64,000 nucleotides of DNA from Burkholderiales bacterium (GCA_023383795.1 JAHDYJ010000002.1:64740-128739), one strand, 5' to 3'; shown: positions 45,857-56,026, counted from the first letter of the stretch. Numbers and translations are program-made. The notes: a model not told the origin generated them from the sequence alone.

Positions 45857-46705
45857 ATGAACGCTCCCTACCGCCCCACCCTCACCCGCGCCGGACGCCC
45901 GGCGACCTACTCGGTCGAGGCGCTGAACGAGCGCGGCGAGGCGCTCGCCACGCCGATCGCCGGCGAGCACCCGCTGACGCTGTACGTCGACAAGCGCGAG
46001 GTCGTCACGCTGATGACGCTCGGACAGGCACCCGAGTGCCTCGCGATCGGCTACCTGCGCAATCAGCGGCTGGTCGACTCGATCGATGCGATCGCGGCGG
46101 TGCAGGTCGACTGGGAGACCGACTCGGTCGCGGTGACGACGCGCAAGGGCGTGAAAGGCCTCGGCGCGAAGATGAAGAAGCGCACCGTCACCACCGGCTG
46201 CGGCCAAGGCACCGTGTTCGGCGACCTGATGGAGGAGATCGACGCGGTCCGCCTGCGCGACGACGTGCGGCTCACCGAAGAGACGCTGTACAGCCTGCTC
46301 GACGCGGTGCGCCGCCACGAGACGATCTACAAGGCCGCCGGCGCGGTGCACGGGTGCGCGCTCGCCACCAATGCGCCGGGCGCGAGCGAGATCCTGTCCT
46401 TCGTCGAGGACGTGGGCCGCCACAACGCGGTGGACGCGATCGCCGGCCAGATGTGGCTCGAGGGGATCGACGGGTCGGACAAGATTTTCTACACCACCGG
46501 GCGGCTCACCTCGGAGATGGTGATCAAGGCCACGCAGATGCGCATCCCGTTCCTCGTCTCGCGCTCGGGCCTGACCAAGATGGGCCACGAGATCGCGACG
46601 CGCGTCGGCATCACGATGATCGGCCGGGCCGTCAACCGCCACTACCTCCTCTTCACCGGCAAGCACCGCTTCGTCAAGACGACGATGCCGACCGCGTTGG
46701 CCTGA
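45857..46705 (+). CDS. fdhD: Formate dehydrogenase sulfurtransferase/accessory protein FdhD
   Basis: 282 aa from MNAPYRP, with TTGCGQG and EDVGRHNAVD motifs. Confidence 0.9.
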   Translation: MNAPYRPTLTRAGRPATYSVEALNERGEALATPIAGEHPLTLYVDKREVVTLMTLGQAPECLAIGYLRNQRLVDSIDAIAAVQVDWETDSVAVTTRKGVKGLGAKMKKRTVTTGCGQGTVFGDLMEEIDAVRLRDDVRLTEETLYSLLDAVRRHETIYKAAGAVHGCALATNAPGASEILSFVEDVGRHNAVDAIAGQMWLEGIDGSDKIFYTTGRLTSEMVIKATQMRIPFLVSRSGLTKMGHEIATRVGITMIGRAVNRHYLLFTGKHRFVKTTMPTALA

Positions 46706-46817
46706 GCGGCGAGGCGTGAGACGTGAAACGCGACGCCCCGTCCTCGACCCTCCCCCTGCCGGGGGCGGGAGCGTTCCGCGGACCGCGTCTCACGATGCGC
46801 GCGTCGCGTTCCACCCG

Positions 46818-47399
46818 ATGCAGCGCGTGACCGGGCTCATCCTCGCCGGCGGCCAGGGCCGCCGGATGGGCGGCGTCGACAAGGGGCTGCAGCCGCTGCG
46901 CGGGCGCCCGCTGGTCGCCTGGGTGCTCGAGCGGCTCGCGCCGCAGGTCGACGAGGTCGTCATCAACGCGAACCAGAACCAGGACGCCTACGCGCGCTTC
47001 GGGCCGCGCGTCGTCGGCGATCGCATCGGCGGCTTCGCCGGCCCGCTCGCCGGGCTGCAGGCGGGCCTCGCGGCCGCGACGCACCCGCTGCTCGTGACGG
47101 TCCCGTGCGACTCGCCGTTCCTGCCGGGCGATCTCGTCGCGCGGCTGCGCGACGCGCTGGAGCGCGCGGCGGCCGACCTCGCCGTCGCCAGGACCGGCGA
47201 TCAGCCGCATCCGGTCTTCTGCCTCGTCCGCACGCGCGTGGCGCCGAGCCTGAACGCCTTCCTCGAGGGCGGCGGGCGCAAGATCGACGCCTGGTACCCG
47301 GCGCTCGCCGTCGTCGAGGTGCCGTTCGACGACGAGGCCGAGGCCTTCTCGAACATCAACACGCGCGCCGAGCTGGCCGGATACGACGCGGCGCGATGA
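46818..47399 (+). CDS. mobA: Molybdenum cofactor guanylyltransferase MobA
   Basis: GLILAGGQGRRMGGVDKGL and VPCDSPFLP motifs. ATG at 46818 chosen inside the longer ORF. Confidence 0.9.
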   Translation: MQRVTGLILAGGQGRRMGGVDKGLQPLRGRPLVAWVLERLAPQVDEVVINANQNQDAYARFGPRVVGDRIGGFAGPLAGLQAGLAAATHPLLVTVPCDSPFLPGDLVARLRDALERAAADLAVARTGDQPHPVFCLVRTRVAPSLNAFLEGGGRKIDAWYPALAVVEVPFDDEAEAFSNINTRAELAGYDAAR

Positions 47400-48661
47400 G
47401 CTCGCTCGCGCAAATCGTCAGCTGCCTCGACGACTACGATCCGGACGCGCTGCCGGTGGAGACCGCGCGCGCCGCGATCCGCGCGATGATCGCGCCGATC
47501 GCGGTGAACGAGCGCGTCGCGGTGCGTGCGGCGCTCGGGCGCGTGCTGGGCGAGGACGTCGTCTCGCCGGTGGACGTGCCGGCGCACGACAACTCGGCGA
47601 TGGACGGCTGGGCGGTGCGCGGCGACGATCTCGCGCCCGCCGGCGCGACGCGCCTGCGCGAGATCGGCACGAGCTACGCGGGCCGGGCGTTCGCGGGGAC
47701 GGTCGGCGCGGGCGAGTGCGTGCGCGTGATGACCGGCGCGGTGATGCCCGCCGGCACCGACACCGTGGTGATCCAGGAGACGGTGCAGGTGGAGGGCGAC
47801 GCGATCGTGGTCCCGCCCGGCCAGGTGCGCGGCCAGCACATGCGCCTCGCCGGCGAGGACCTCGCGCGCGGCAAGCCGGCGCTGCGCGCGGGCCAGCCGG
47901 TCCGCGCTGCCGAGCTCGGGCTGCTCGCGTCGCTCGGCATGGCCGAGGTCGTCGTGCGCCGACGCCCGCGCGTCGCGTTCTTCTCCACCGGCGACGAGCT
48001 CGCCTCGGTCGGGCGGCCGCTCGCCGAGGGGCAGGTCTACGACTCCAACCGCTACACGATCTTCGGCATGCTGAAGCGGCTCGGCTGCGACGTGATCGAC
48101 CTGGGCGTCGTGCGCGACGACCGCGCGAGCCTCGCCCGCGCGCTCGCCGACGCCTCGGCGGCCGCGGACGTGGTGGTCACCTCGGGCGGCGTCTCGGTCG
48201 GCGAGGCGGACTTCACGCGGGAGGTTCTCGCGAGCCTCGGCGAGGTGCTGTTCTGGAAGATCGCGATGCGACCCGGCCGGCCGATGGCCGTCGGCAGGCT
48301 GGGCGGCGCGCTCTTCTTCGGGCTGCCCGGCAATCCGGTCGCGGTCATGGTCACCTTCTACCAGTTCGTGCGCGACGCGCTGCTCGCGCTTGCCGGACGC
48401 GCCGACGCGTTCGAGCTGCCGACGCTGCGCGTGCCGTGCGAGACGGCGCTGCGCAAGAAGCCCGGCCGCACCGAGTTCCAGCGCGGCGTCCTGGCGCGCA
48501 ACGCCGCCGGCGAGTGGACGGTGCGCGTGACCGGCGGCCAGGGCTCGGGCGTGCTGCGCTCGATGTCCGAGGCGAACTGCTTCATCGTGCTCGAGCACGC
48601 GCGCGGCGGCGTGCAGCCGGGCGACCTGGTGAGCGTCCAGGTCATGGACGGCCTCGCGTGA
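47396..48661 (+). CDS. moeA: Molybdopterin molybdenum/tungsten insertase MoeA (copy 2)
   Basis: 421 aa with HDNSAMDGWAV, TSGGVSVGEADF and GLPGNPVA. ATG overlaps the mobA TGA (ATGA). Confidence 0.9.
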   Translation: MSSLAQIVSCLDDYDPDALPVETARAAIRAMIAPIAVNERVAVRAALGRVLGEDVVSPVDVPAHDNSAMDGWAVRGDDLAPAGATRLREIGTSYAGRAFAGTVGAGECVRVMTGAVMPAGTDTVVIQETVQVEGDAIVVPPGQVRGQHMRLAGEDLARGKPALRAGQPVRAAELGLLASLGMAEVVVRRRPRVAFFSTGDELASVGRPLAEGQVYDSNRYTIFGMLKRLGCDVIDLGVVRDDRASLARALADASAAADVVVTSGGVSVGEADFTREVLASLGEVLFWKIAMRPGRPMAVGRLGGALFFGLPGNPVAVMVTFYQFVRDALLALAGRADAFELPTLRVPCETALRKKPGRTEFQRGVLARNAAGEWTVRVTGGQGSGVLRSMSEANCFIVLEHARGGVQPGDLVSVQVMDGLA

Positions 48662-49611
48662 GCGAGGCGCGAGGGGTGAGGAGCGCGGAGGACGAGCACG
48701 CATCGCCCGCCGCGTCGGCGTACCTGACCGTCAAGCAGGCCGCCGAGGTCCTCCACGTCAACCAGAAGAAGCTCTACGCGCTGATCCAGGACGGCGGCCT
48801 GCCGGCCACCAAGGCGAGCGGCAAGTGGCTCGTGCCGCGCAAGCTCCTCGACGAATGGATGCTCGAGCAGGCGCACGGCGGCGTGCTGACCGACCGCCTG
48901 CTGATCGGCGGCAGCGACGACCCGCTGCTCGCGAGCGCGGTCACGCTGCTCGCGAGCGAGATCCGCGACGCGGCGCTCGTCGCGATCTGCCCCACCGGCA
49001 CGCGCCTCGGGCTGGAGCTCCTCGCCGGGCGGCGCATCAACGTCTGCGCGATCCACTGGGGCGTCGCCGAGAGCAGCCGCACCGCGCACGTGCAACTCGT
49101 CGCCGGATTCCCGGGCAGCCGCGAGTGGGCGATCGTGCGCATGGGGCTGCGCGAGCAGGGGATCGTGCTCGCGCGCGAGCGCGCCGGCGTGCGATCGCTC
49201 GCCGAGCTCGCGCGCCCGGACGTGCGCTGGGCGAGCCGGCAGGAAGGCGCCGGCACGCAGCACTTCGTGCGGCTGATGCTGCGCGAGCAGGGGATTCCGC
49301 CCGAAGCGCTGCGCAGCGAGCAGACGGCTTACTCGGAGCGCCACGCCGCCGCCCTGGTCGCCCAGGGCCAGGCCGATTGCGCGCCGGGCGTGCGCAGCGC
49401 CGCCGGCGAGTTCGGACTCGCGTTCCTGCCGCTCGGCTGGGAGGCCTTCGACCTGGTGGTCCCGCGCGCGGTCTTCTTCCGCAGCCTGTTCCAGCGCCTG
49501 CTCGATCTGCTGCGCAGCGAGCGGCTCCGCGTGGTCGCGGCGAGCCTGAAGGGCTACGACCTCACGCAGCTCGGGCAGCTCGTGGCCGGCGCGGACGACG
49601 CACCGCGCTAG
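48658..49611 (+). CDS. Regulator with excisionase/MerR-type HTH fused to a PBP-like domain
   Basis: The N-terminus (YLTVKQAAEVLHVNQKKLYALIQDGGLPATKASGKWLVPRKLLDEW) is an HTH_17-like motif. The remainder resembles the PBP-like domain of the 10306-11394 regulator. GTG overlaps the moeA TGA; an alternative GTG is at 48676. Confidence 0.7.
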   Translation: MSEARGVRSAEDEHASPAASAYLTVKQAAEVLHVNQKKLYALIQDGGLPATKASGKWLVPRKLLDEWMLEQAHGGVLTDRLLIGGSDDPLLASAVTLLASEIRDAALVAICPTGTRLGLELLAGRRINVCAIHWGVAESSRTAHVQLVAGFPGSREWAIVRMGLREQGIVLARERAGVRSLAELARPDVRWASRQEGAGTQHFVRLMLREQGIPPEALRSEQTAYSERHAAALVAQGQADCAPGVRSAAGEFGLAFLPLGWEAFDLVVPRAVFFRSLFQRLLDLLRSERLRVVAASLKGYDLTQLGQLVAGADDAPR

Positions 49612-49618
49612 CGAAGCA

Positions 49619-49639
49619 CCGCCGCCGCGCAGGCGGCGG
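49619..49639 (+). terminator. GC hairpin after the moaA-...-regulator operon, immediately followed by a perfect TATAAT
   Basis: CCGCCGCC-gcgca-GGCGGCGG. There is no U-tract. TATAAT at 49642-49647 lies 48 nt before the next ATG. Confidence 0.35.
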
Positions 49640-49694
49640 GCTATAATCCGCGCGCGCCGCCGCCCGCCGCGGACCGGCGCCCGTCCCGCCGCCG

Positions 49695-50567
49695 ATGCCC
49701 CCGCCGTCCACCGGCCCGCAGCACCATCTGCGCGGCATCCTCCTGCTCGTCGCGGCCGTTTCGACCTTCGCGGTCATGGACACCACGGCGAAGTACCTGT
49801 CGCAGACCCACCCGGTGCCGGCGAGCGTGTGGTTCCGGTACGTGTTCCAGACCGTCTTCATGGTCGCGGTGCTCGGTCCGCGCCTCGGGCGCGGCCTGCT
49901 GCGCTCGCGCCGTCCCGGGCTGCAGATCGCGCGCGGCGCGGTGCTCGCGCTCTCGACGCTGCTCTACTTCCTCGCGCTCTCGCTGATGCCGATCGCGGAG
50001 GCCTCCGCGATCACGTTCCTCTCGCCGCTCCTGCTGACCGCGCTCTCGGTGCTGTTCCTGCGCGAGCGCGTCGCCCCCGTCGCGTGGCTCGCCGTGGCGG
50101 CCGGCTTCGCCGGGGTGCTGATCATCGTGCGCCCCGGCGGCGCGGTGTTCACTCCGGCCGCGGCGCTGCCGCTCGCAACCGCGTTCTGCTTCGCCGCCTA
50201 CCAGCTCATGACGCGGCAGCTCGCGGGCGTCGACTCGAGCGTCGCCACGCTGTTCTACGGTGCGCTCGTCGGCACCGCACTGGTCAGCCTGCCGCTGCCG
50301 TTCTACTGGCACCCGCCCGCGACGCTCACCCACGGCCTGCTGCTCGCCATGCTCGGCATCCTGGGCGGCGTCGGCCACTTCGTCCTGATCCGCGCGTTCG
50401 AGCACGCCCCCGCATCGGTGCTCGCGCCGTTCGTCTACACCCAGCTCGTCTCGGTGCTGATCCTCGGCTACGTCGTCTTCGGCGACTTCCCGGACGGCTG
50501 GTCGCTCGCCGGCATGGCGATCATCGTCGCCTCGGGCGCGTTCATCGCGGCGCGCGGGCGCCGCTGA
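49695..50567 (+). CDS. EamA/DMT-family transporter
   Basis: 290 aa, ten hydrophobic segments, duplicated EamA pattern. Confidence 0.8.
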   Translation: MPPPSTGPQHHLRGILLLVAAVSTFAVMDTTAKYLSQTHPVPASVWFRYVFQTVFMVAVLGPRLGRGLLRSRRPGLQIARGAVLALSTLLYFLALSLMPIAEASAITFLSPLLLTALSVLFLRERVAPVAWLAVAAGFAGVLIIVRPGGAVFTPAAALPLATAFCFAAYQLMTRQLAGVDSSVATLFYGALVGTALVSLPLPFYWHPPATLTHGLLLAMLGILGGVGHFVLIRAFEHAPASVLAPFVYTQLVSVLILGYVVFGDFPDGWSLAGMAIIVASGAFIAARGRR

Positions 50568-50576
50568 GGTCCGGGG

Positions 50577-51143
50577 ATGGACACGTCCTTCGGCTCGGCG
50601 GTGGTGATCCTGCTGCTGGTGATCGATCCGGTCGGCAACATTCCGCTCTTCGTCACACTGCCGCGCGGAGTGGCGCCGTAGCGGCGCGCCGCGGTAATCG
50701 TGCGGGAATGGGCGATCGCGCTCGCCGTGCTGCTCGTCTTCGTGTTCGCCGGCGAGGGCGTGCTGACCCTGTTCGGGCTTTCCGATGCATCGCTCCGGAT
50801 CGCGGGCGGCGTGATCCTCTTCCTGATCGCGCTGCGCATGATCTTCCAGAGCGGCACCGGCTTATTCGGCGCACTCCCGCAGGGCGAGCCGCTGATCGTG
50901 CCGCTCGCGATCCCGGCGATCGCCGGGCCGGGCGCGATGGCGACGGTGATCATTCTCGCCTCGCACGCACCACTGCGGACGGTCGAGTGGATCGGCGCGC
51001 TGTCGGTCGCCATGCTCGTCGCGCTCGTCGTGCTGCTCTTCGCCGAGCGCCTGCTCGGCCTGATCTTCACGGCATTCGCGATCGAGATGCTGCTGCGGGG
51101 GATCGAGACTTTCGTGACGCAGCTGCGAGTCACCCCACCCTGA
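50577..51143 (+). pseudogene. marC: MarC/UPF0056-family membrane protein interrupted by an in-frame TAG at 50679-50681
   Basis: The first 34 codons (MDTSFGSAVVILLLVIDPVGNIPLFVTLPRGVAP) and the ORF from 50700 (REWAIALAVLLVFVFAGE...) are in the same frame. Together they match the full MarC/YhgN pattern across the stop. Confidence 0.7.
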
Positions 51144-52581
51144 TCACTCCCATCATCCCGCCCTCCTGGTGCAGGAGCGTGTGGCAGTGAAACATCCAGT
51201 CGCCGGGGTTGTCGGCGACGAGCGCGATCTCCACCGTCTCGTGGCGCCCGACGAGGACGGTGTCGCGCCACGGCCGGTGCGGCACCGGGGCGCGGTTGCG
51301 CGTCAGCACGCGGAACACGTGCCCGTGCAGATGCATCGGATGCTCCCATCCGGTCTCGTTGCGCAGCGTCAGCACGTAGTGCCGGCCATGGCGCAGCTCG
51401 AGCAGCGGCGCGTCGCCGCGCGCCTTGCCGGCGACGCCGTTGATCGCCCAGGCGAGATGGTGCTCGCGCAGCATGCGCTGGATCGGCAGCACCTCGCCCC
51501 GCACCCGGGCCTCCCGCAGCGCGCCCATGGCGCCGCCCTGCAGCGCGAGCTCGTGGCGCTCGGCCCTCGCCGGATCGGGCTCGGCGAGCGGATTGTCGGG
51601 GAGGCGCGGCACGGCGCCGCGCTCGCCGGCGCGCCGCGGCAGGTCATCCGCGTACGCGATCTCGGCGACGGCCGCGCGGTCGCCCGGATAGTAGGCATCT
51701 TCGATCGCGTGCCGCTCGCCCGGCTTGCCGTCGAAGTCGATGACGAGGTCCGCGCGCATGCCCGGCGCGAGCACGAGCCCGCGCTCGCCGAGCGGGTGCG
51801 GCGCGACCGGCTGCCCGTCGAGCGCGACGACGACCGGGCGGTGCGCGGCGAAGCGCAGGCCGAAGATGCGCGCCACCGCGGCGTTCACGAGCCGCAGGCG
51901 CACGCGCTCGCCGGCGCGCACCGCGAGCGGATGCTCGCGCGCGTAGCGGCCGTTGATCGTCACGACGCTGCCGAGCCGCCCGGCGTGCGTGAGGTCGTGC
52001 AGGTCGTTGAAATCCTCCTGGATCGCGGCGTGGCGCGTCATGCGCCAGTCGGCGAGCACCCAGACGAGATCGCGGTCGACCTCGATCGGGCGCTCCTCCT
52101 CGACGATCAGCGCCCCGTGCAGACCGCGCGCGACCTGCTCGTAGCTCGCGAGGTGCGGGTGGTACCAGTAGGTGCCCGCGTCGGGCACCGTGAACTCGTA
52201 CGCGAAGCGCTCGCCCGGCCGCACCGGCGGCTGCGTGACGTGCGGCACCCCGTCCATGGCGTTCGGCACGCGGATGCCATGCCAGTGGATCGTCGTGTCC
52301 TGCCCGGGCAGCCCGTTCGCGAGCGCGATCCGCAGACGCTCGCCCTGTCTCACGCGCAGCACCGGCCCGGGCGTGACGCCGTTGTAGGCCCAGACCGCGG
52401 TGGCAGGGTACTGCGCCGGCGCGAGCTGCTGCGCGGCCGGCGCCGCCTCGAGCACGGCGGGGTTCGCGGACGCGGCGCCGGCCACCCGCGGCGCGCCCAA
52501 AAAACCGGCCAGCGCAAGGCTGGCCGATGCCTTCAGGAAATCGCGGCGGCCCGCGGCGCCGCCGCCTTCCTCACGCTTCAC
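51130..52581 (-). CDS. TAT-exported multicopper oxidase
   Basis: Twin-arginine motif GRRDFLK. Copper sites HWHG, WYHPH, HPMHLHG and HCHTLLHQEGGMM. Confidence 0.85.
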   Translation of the reverse strand: MKREEGGGAAGRRDFLKASASLALAGFLGAPRVAGAASANPAVLEAAPAAQQLAPAQYPATAVWAYNGVTPGPVLRVRQGERLRIALANGLPGQDTTIHWHGIRVPNAMDGVPHVTQPPVRPGERFAYEFTVPDAGTYWYHPHLASYEQVARGLHGALIVEEERPIEVDRDLVWVLADWRMTRHAAIQEDFNDLHDLTHAGRLGSVVTINGRYAREHPLAVRAGERVRLRLVNAAVARIFGLRFAAHRPVVVALDGQPVAPHPLGERGLVLAPGMRADLVIDFDGKPGERHAIEDAYYPGDRAAVAEIAYADDLPRRAGERGAVPRLPDNPLAEPDPARAERHELALQGGAMGALREARVRGEVLPIQRMLREHHLAWAINGVAGKARGDAPLLELRHGRHYVLTLRNETGWEHPMHLHGHVFRVLTRNRAPVPHRPWRDTVLVGRHETVEIALVADNPGDWMFHCHTLLHQEGGMMGVIRVG

Positions 52582-52601
52582 GCCTCACTCCTCATTCGGG
52601 C

Positions 52602-53783
52602 TCACATCCGCTCGAAGATCGCCGCGATGCCCTGTCCGCCGCCGATGCACATCGTGACGAGCGCGTGGCGCCTGTCGATCCGCTCGAGCTCGTAGAGCGC
52701 CTTGACGGTGAGGATCGCGCCGGTCGCTCCGATCGGATGGCCGAGCGCCACGGCGCCGCCGTTCGGGTTCACCCGCGCCGGATCGAGCTCGAGGTCGCGC
52801 GTCACCGCCATCGCCTGCACCGCGAACGCCTCGTTCGACTCGATCACGTGCATGTCGGCGGGCTTCATGCCGGTCTTCTCGAACACCCGCCGCACCGCCG
52901 GAATGGGCCCGAGCCCCATCACCTGCGGCTCCACGCCGGCATGCGCGTACCCGACCAGCCGCGCGAGCGGCTTCGCGCCCTGCCTTTCCGCGGCGGCGCG
53001 CTCCATCAGCACGACCGCGGCCGCGCCGTCGTTGATCCCGGACGCGCTGCCGGCGGTGACCGTGCCGTCCTTCTTGAACACCGGCTTCAGCTTGGCCAGG
53101 TCCTCCGGCTTGACGTCCTTGCGGACGTGCTCGTCGGTGTCGAACGTCACCGTGCCCTTGCGGGTCTTCAGCTCGATCGGGATGATCTGGCTCTTGAAGC
53201 GACCCTCGGCGATCGCTCTCGCGGCGCGGCGATGGCTCTCGACCGAGAACGCGTCCTGCTCCTCGCGCGTGAAGCCGTACTTCGCGGCGATGTTCTCGGC
53301 GGTCACGCCCATGTGGCCGTGGCCGAACGGGTCGTGCAGCGCGGCGGTCATCGCGTCGATCACCGCGGCGTCGCCCATGCGCTGCCCCCAGCGCGCCGCC
53401 GGCAGGAAGTACGCCGCGCGGCTCATGCTCTCGGCGCCGCCCGCGACCGCGACGTCGCAATCGCCGAGCATGATGTGCTGCGCGGCCGACACGATCGCCT
53501 GCAGCCCGCTGCCGCACAGCCGGTTCACCGTCAGGCACGGCGTGCCGACCGGCAGGCCGCCCTCGACCGCCGCCACGCGCGAGATGTACATGTCGCGCGC
53601 CTCGCCGTGGATCACGCTGCCGATCACGACGTGCCCGACCGTGGCCGGATCGACCTTCGCGCGCGCGACGGCCTCGCGGATCACGGTCGCGCCGAGCTGG
53701 GTCGGCGGAACGTCCTTGAGCGCCCCGCCGTAGTCGCCGATCGCCGCCCGCACCCCCGCTACCACTACGACTTCACGAGCCAT
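52602..53783 (-). CDS. Acetyl-CoA C-acyltransferase (beta-ketothiolase, BktB-like)
   Basis: Thiolase motifs VNRLCGSGLQA, NPNGGAVALGHPIGATG and CIGGGQG. Confidence 0.9.
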   Translation of the reverse strand: MAREVVVVAGVRAAIGDYGGALKDVPPTQLGATVIREAVARAKVDPATVGHVVIGSVIHGEARDMYISRVAAVEGGLPVGTPCLTVNRLCGSGLQAIVSAAQHIMLGDCDVAVAGGAESMSRAAYFLPAARWGQRMGDAAVIDAMTAALHDPFGHGHMGVTAENIAAKYGFTREEQDAFSVESHRRAARAIAEGRFKSQIIPIELKTRKGTVTFDTDEHVRKDVKPEDLAKLKPVFKKDGTVTAGSASGINDGAAAVVLMERAAAERQGAKPLARLVGYAHAGVEPQVMGLGPIPAVRRVFEKTGMKPADMHVIESNEAFAVQAMAVTRDLELDPARVNPNGGAVALGHPIGATGAILTVKALYELERIDRRHALVTMCIGGGQGIAAIFERM

Positions 53784-53913
53784 GTCGTCCTCCTGTCGCT
53801 AGAGCTGTCTCAGAATCGCGCCCGTGCCTCTTCCTGAGCCGAGGTCGTACGAACAAGGGGCGCCTCCCCTGCATTTCCGGCGCATGCGCATTCCGGTCTC
53901 GAGACGGTTCCGG

Positions 53914-53935
53914 CCCGCGCGGTCCGCCGCGCGGG
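53914..53935 (-). terminator. Hairpin downstream of rimO
   Basis: CCCGCGCGG-tccg-CCGCGCGGG: 9-bp stem, 4-nt loop, 14 nt after the rimO stop. No U-tract. Confidence 0.35.
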
Positions 53936-53948
53936 AACGATCCGCCGT

Positions 53949-55394
53949 TCACGCGGGTGCCGTGCGGCGCGCCTTGCCCGCGACCTCGCCCGCCGCCGCT
54001 TCCCGGTTGGAGCCGCCGCGGCGCGGGATGGTTCGCGCCGGCGCCCCGAACAGGTCGTGCGCGTCGGACCGCTCGATCAGGACGTCCGCCCAGTCGCCCG
54101 CCTGCAAGCCGCCTGCGCGCGCGACGTGCACCACGCCGTCGATCTCCGGCGCGTCCGCCGCCGAGCGGGCGATCGCGCGGCGCTCACCCGCCTGGTCGAC
54201 CAGCACCCGCAGCGTGCGCCCCACCTTGCGCGCCAGACGCCGGGCGCTCACCGCCGCCTGCGCGGCCATGAAGCGCGCGCGGCGCTCTTCCTGGATCTCG
54301 GGCGCCACCGCGCCCGGCAGGGCGTTCGCCGCGGCGCCCTCGACCGGCGAGTAGGCGAAGCAGCCGACCCGATCGAGCTCGGCCGCCTCGACGAAGGCGA
54401 GCAGCTCCTCGAACTCCGCCTCGGTCTCGCCGGGGAAGCCGACGATGAACGTGCTCCTGATCGCGAGCTCGGGACACGCGGCGCGCCACGCGCGCACGCG
54501 CTCGAGGTTGTTCTCCGCGCCCGCCGGGCGCCGCATGAGCCTGAGGATGCGCGGGCTCGCGTGCTGGAACGGCACGTCGAGGTACGGCAGGATGCGCCCG
54601 TCGGCCATCAGCGGCAGCACCTCGTCGACGTGCGGATAGGGATACACGTAGTGCAGCCGTACCCAGACGCCGAGGCTGCCGAGCGCCTGCGCGAGCTCGG
54701 TCATGCGGGTGCGAATCGGCCGGCCGTTCCAGAAGCCGGTCCGGTAGCGCACGTCGACGCCGTACGCGCTGGTGTCCTGGGCGATGACGAGCAGCTCCTT
54801 GACGCCGGCCTTGACCAGGTTCTCGGCCTCGCGCATCACGTCGCCGATCGGACGGCTGACGAGCGCCCCGCGCATCGACGGGATGATGCAGAAGGTGCAG
54901 CGGTGGTTGCAGCCTTCCGAGATCTTCAGGTACGCGTAGTGCCGCGGCGTGAGCCGGATGCCCTGCGGCGGCACGAGATCGGTGAACGGGTCGTGCGGCC
55001 GCGGCCGCTCGGCGTGCACGGCCGCCATCAGGGCGTCGACGTCGTGCGGGCCGGTCACCGCGAGCACCGCGGGATGCGCGCGGCGCACGCGCTCGCCCTG
55101 CGCGCCGAGGCAGCCGGTCACGATCACCCGCCCGTTCGCGGCGAGCGCCTCGCCGATCGCGTCCAGCGACTCCTCGACCGCCGCGTCGATGAAGCCGCAG
55201 GTATTGACGACCACCAGGTCGGCGCCGTCGTACGTGCCGGAGATCGCGTAGCCCTCGGCGCGGAGCTGCGTCAGGATGCGCTCGGAGTCGACCAGCGCCT
55301 TCGGGCAGCCGAGCGAGACGAATCCGACCCTCGGCGCGCCGGTCGCCGGGATCGCGCGCCGCGCCCGCGCGTGCGCCGCCTTGCGCTGCGTCAC
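53949..55394 (-). CDS. rimO: Ribosomal protein S12 methylthiotransferase RimO
   Basis: [22 protein letters not shown], radical-SAM motif [11 protein letters not shown] and a TRAM-like C-terminus. Confidence 0.9.
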   Translation of the reverse strand: MTQRKAAHARARRAIPATGAPRVGFVSLGCPKALVDSERILTQLRAEGYAISGTYDGADLVVVNTCGFIDAAVEESLDAIGEALAANGRVIVTGCLGAQGERVRRAHPAVLAVTGPHDVDALMAAVHAERPRPHDPFTDLVPPQGIRLTPRHYAYLKISEGCNHRCTFCIIPSMRGALVSRPIGDVMREAENLVKAGVKELLVIAQDTSAYGVDVRYRTGFWNGRPIRTRMTELAQALGSLGVWVRLHYVYPYPHVDEVLPLMADGRILPYLDVPFQHASPRILRLMRRPAGAENNLERVRAWRAACPELAIRSTFIVGFPGETEAEFEELLAFVEAAELDRVGCFAYSPVEGAAANALPGAVAPEIQEERRARFMAAQAAVSARRLARKVGRTLRVLVDQAGERRAIARSAADAPEIDGVVHVARAGGLQAGDWADVLIERSDAHDLFGAPARTIPRRGGSNREAAAGEVAGKARRTAPA

Positions 55395-55999
55395 TCCCGC
55401 TCGTCCGGCTTGCCGCCGGAGCCGCGGCCGCCCTCGGCCGGCTGGCCGGTGCTCGAGAAGGCGGTGAACATGTTGCGCGTCTGCGCCTGCAGCTGGTCCT
55501 GCATCTGCTGGAACATGTTCTTGCTCTGCTCCAGGTAGGTCTGCATGAGGCTCTGCATGGCAGGGCCCTGGAACGTGAGGAACTGCGACCAGAGCTCCTG
55601 GTTCGCCTTGCCGGAGTCGCCGTAGAGCGAGCGCGTCTGCTCCTGCATGTTCTTCTGGATCTCCATGAACGCCTGGATGTTGCGCTCCAGGTAGTTGCCC
55701 ATGATCCCCTGCATCGCGTTGCCGTAGAAGCGGATGAGCTGCGTGAGCGCGTCGTGCGAGAACATCGGCGACCCGGCCGATTCCTCCTCCAGGATGATCT
55801 GGAGCAGGATCTGGCGCGTGAGATCCTCGCCGGACTTGGCGTCGAGGACCTGGAACTGCTCGTGCTTCAGCACCAGCTCCTTCACGTCCGCGAGCGTGAT
55901 GTAGCTCGACGTCTGCGTGTCGTACAGGCGACGGTTCGGGTACTTCTTGATCAGGCGGACGTTATCGGGCATGGGCTCGGCGACTGCGTTGGGTTGCAT
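55391..55999 (-). CDS. phaR: Polyhydroxyalkanoate synthesis repressor PhaR
   Basis: [26 protein letters not shown]...[10 protein letters not shown], near-collinear with known PhaR proteins. The start may be M1 (55999) or M10 (55972). Confidence 0.9.
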   Translation of the reverse strand: MQPNAVAEPMPDNVRLIKKYPNRRLYDTQTSSYITLADVKELVLKHEQFQVLDAKSGEDLTRQILLQIILEEESAGSPMFSHDALTQLIRFYGNAMQGIMGNYLERNIQAFMEIQKNMQEQTRSLYGDSGKANQELWSQFLTFQGPAMQSLMQTYLEQSKNMFQQMQDQLQAQTRNMFTAFSSTGQPAEGGRGSGGKPDERE

Positions 56000-56026
56000 G
56001 AGTGACGGCGAGGGCGAATGATGCCA

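Noticed and set aside
50679-50681. TAG in marC as a recoded (pyrrolysine or readthrough) codon
   Set aside because: No pyl genes or PYLIS-like context are visible, the organism type makes it implausible, and the aligned position is an ordinary Lys/Arg. A nonsense mutation or sequencing error is simpler.
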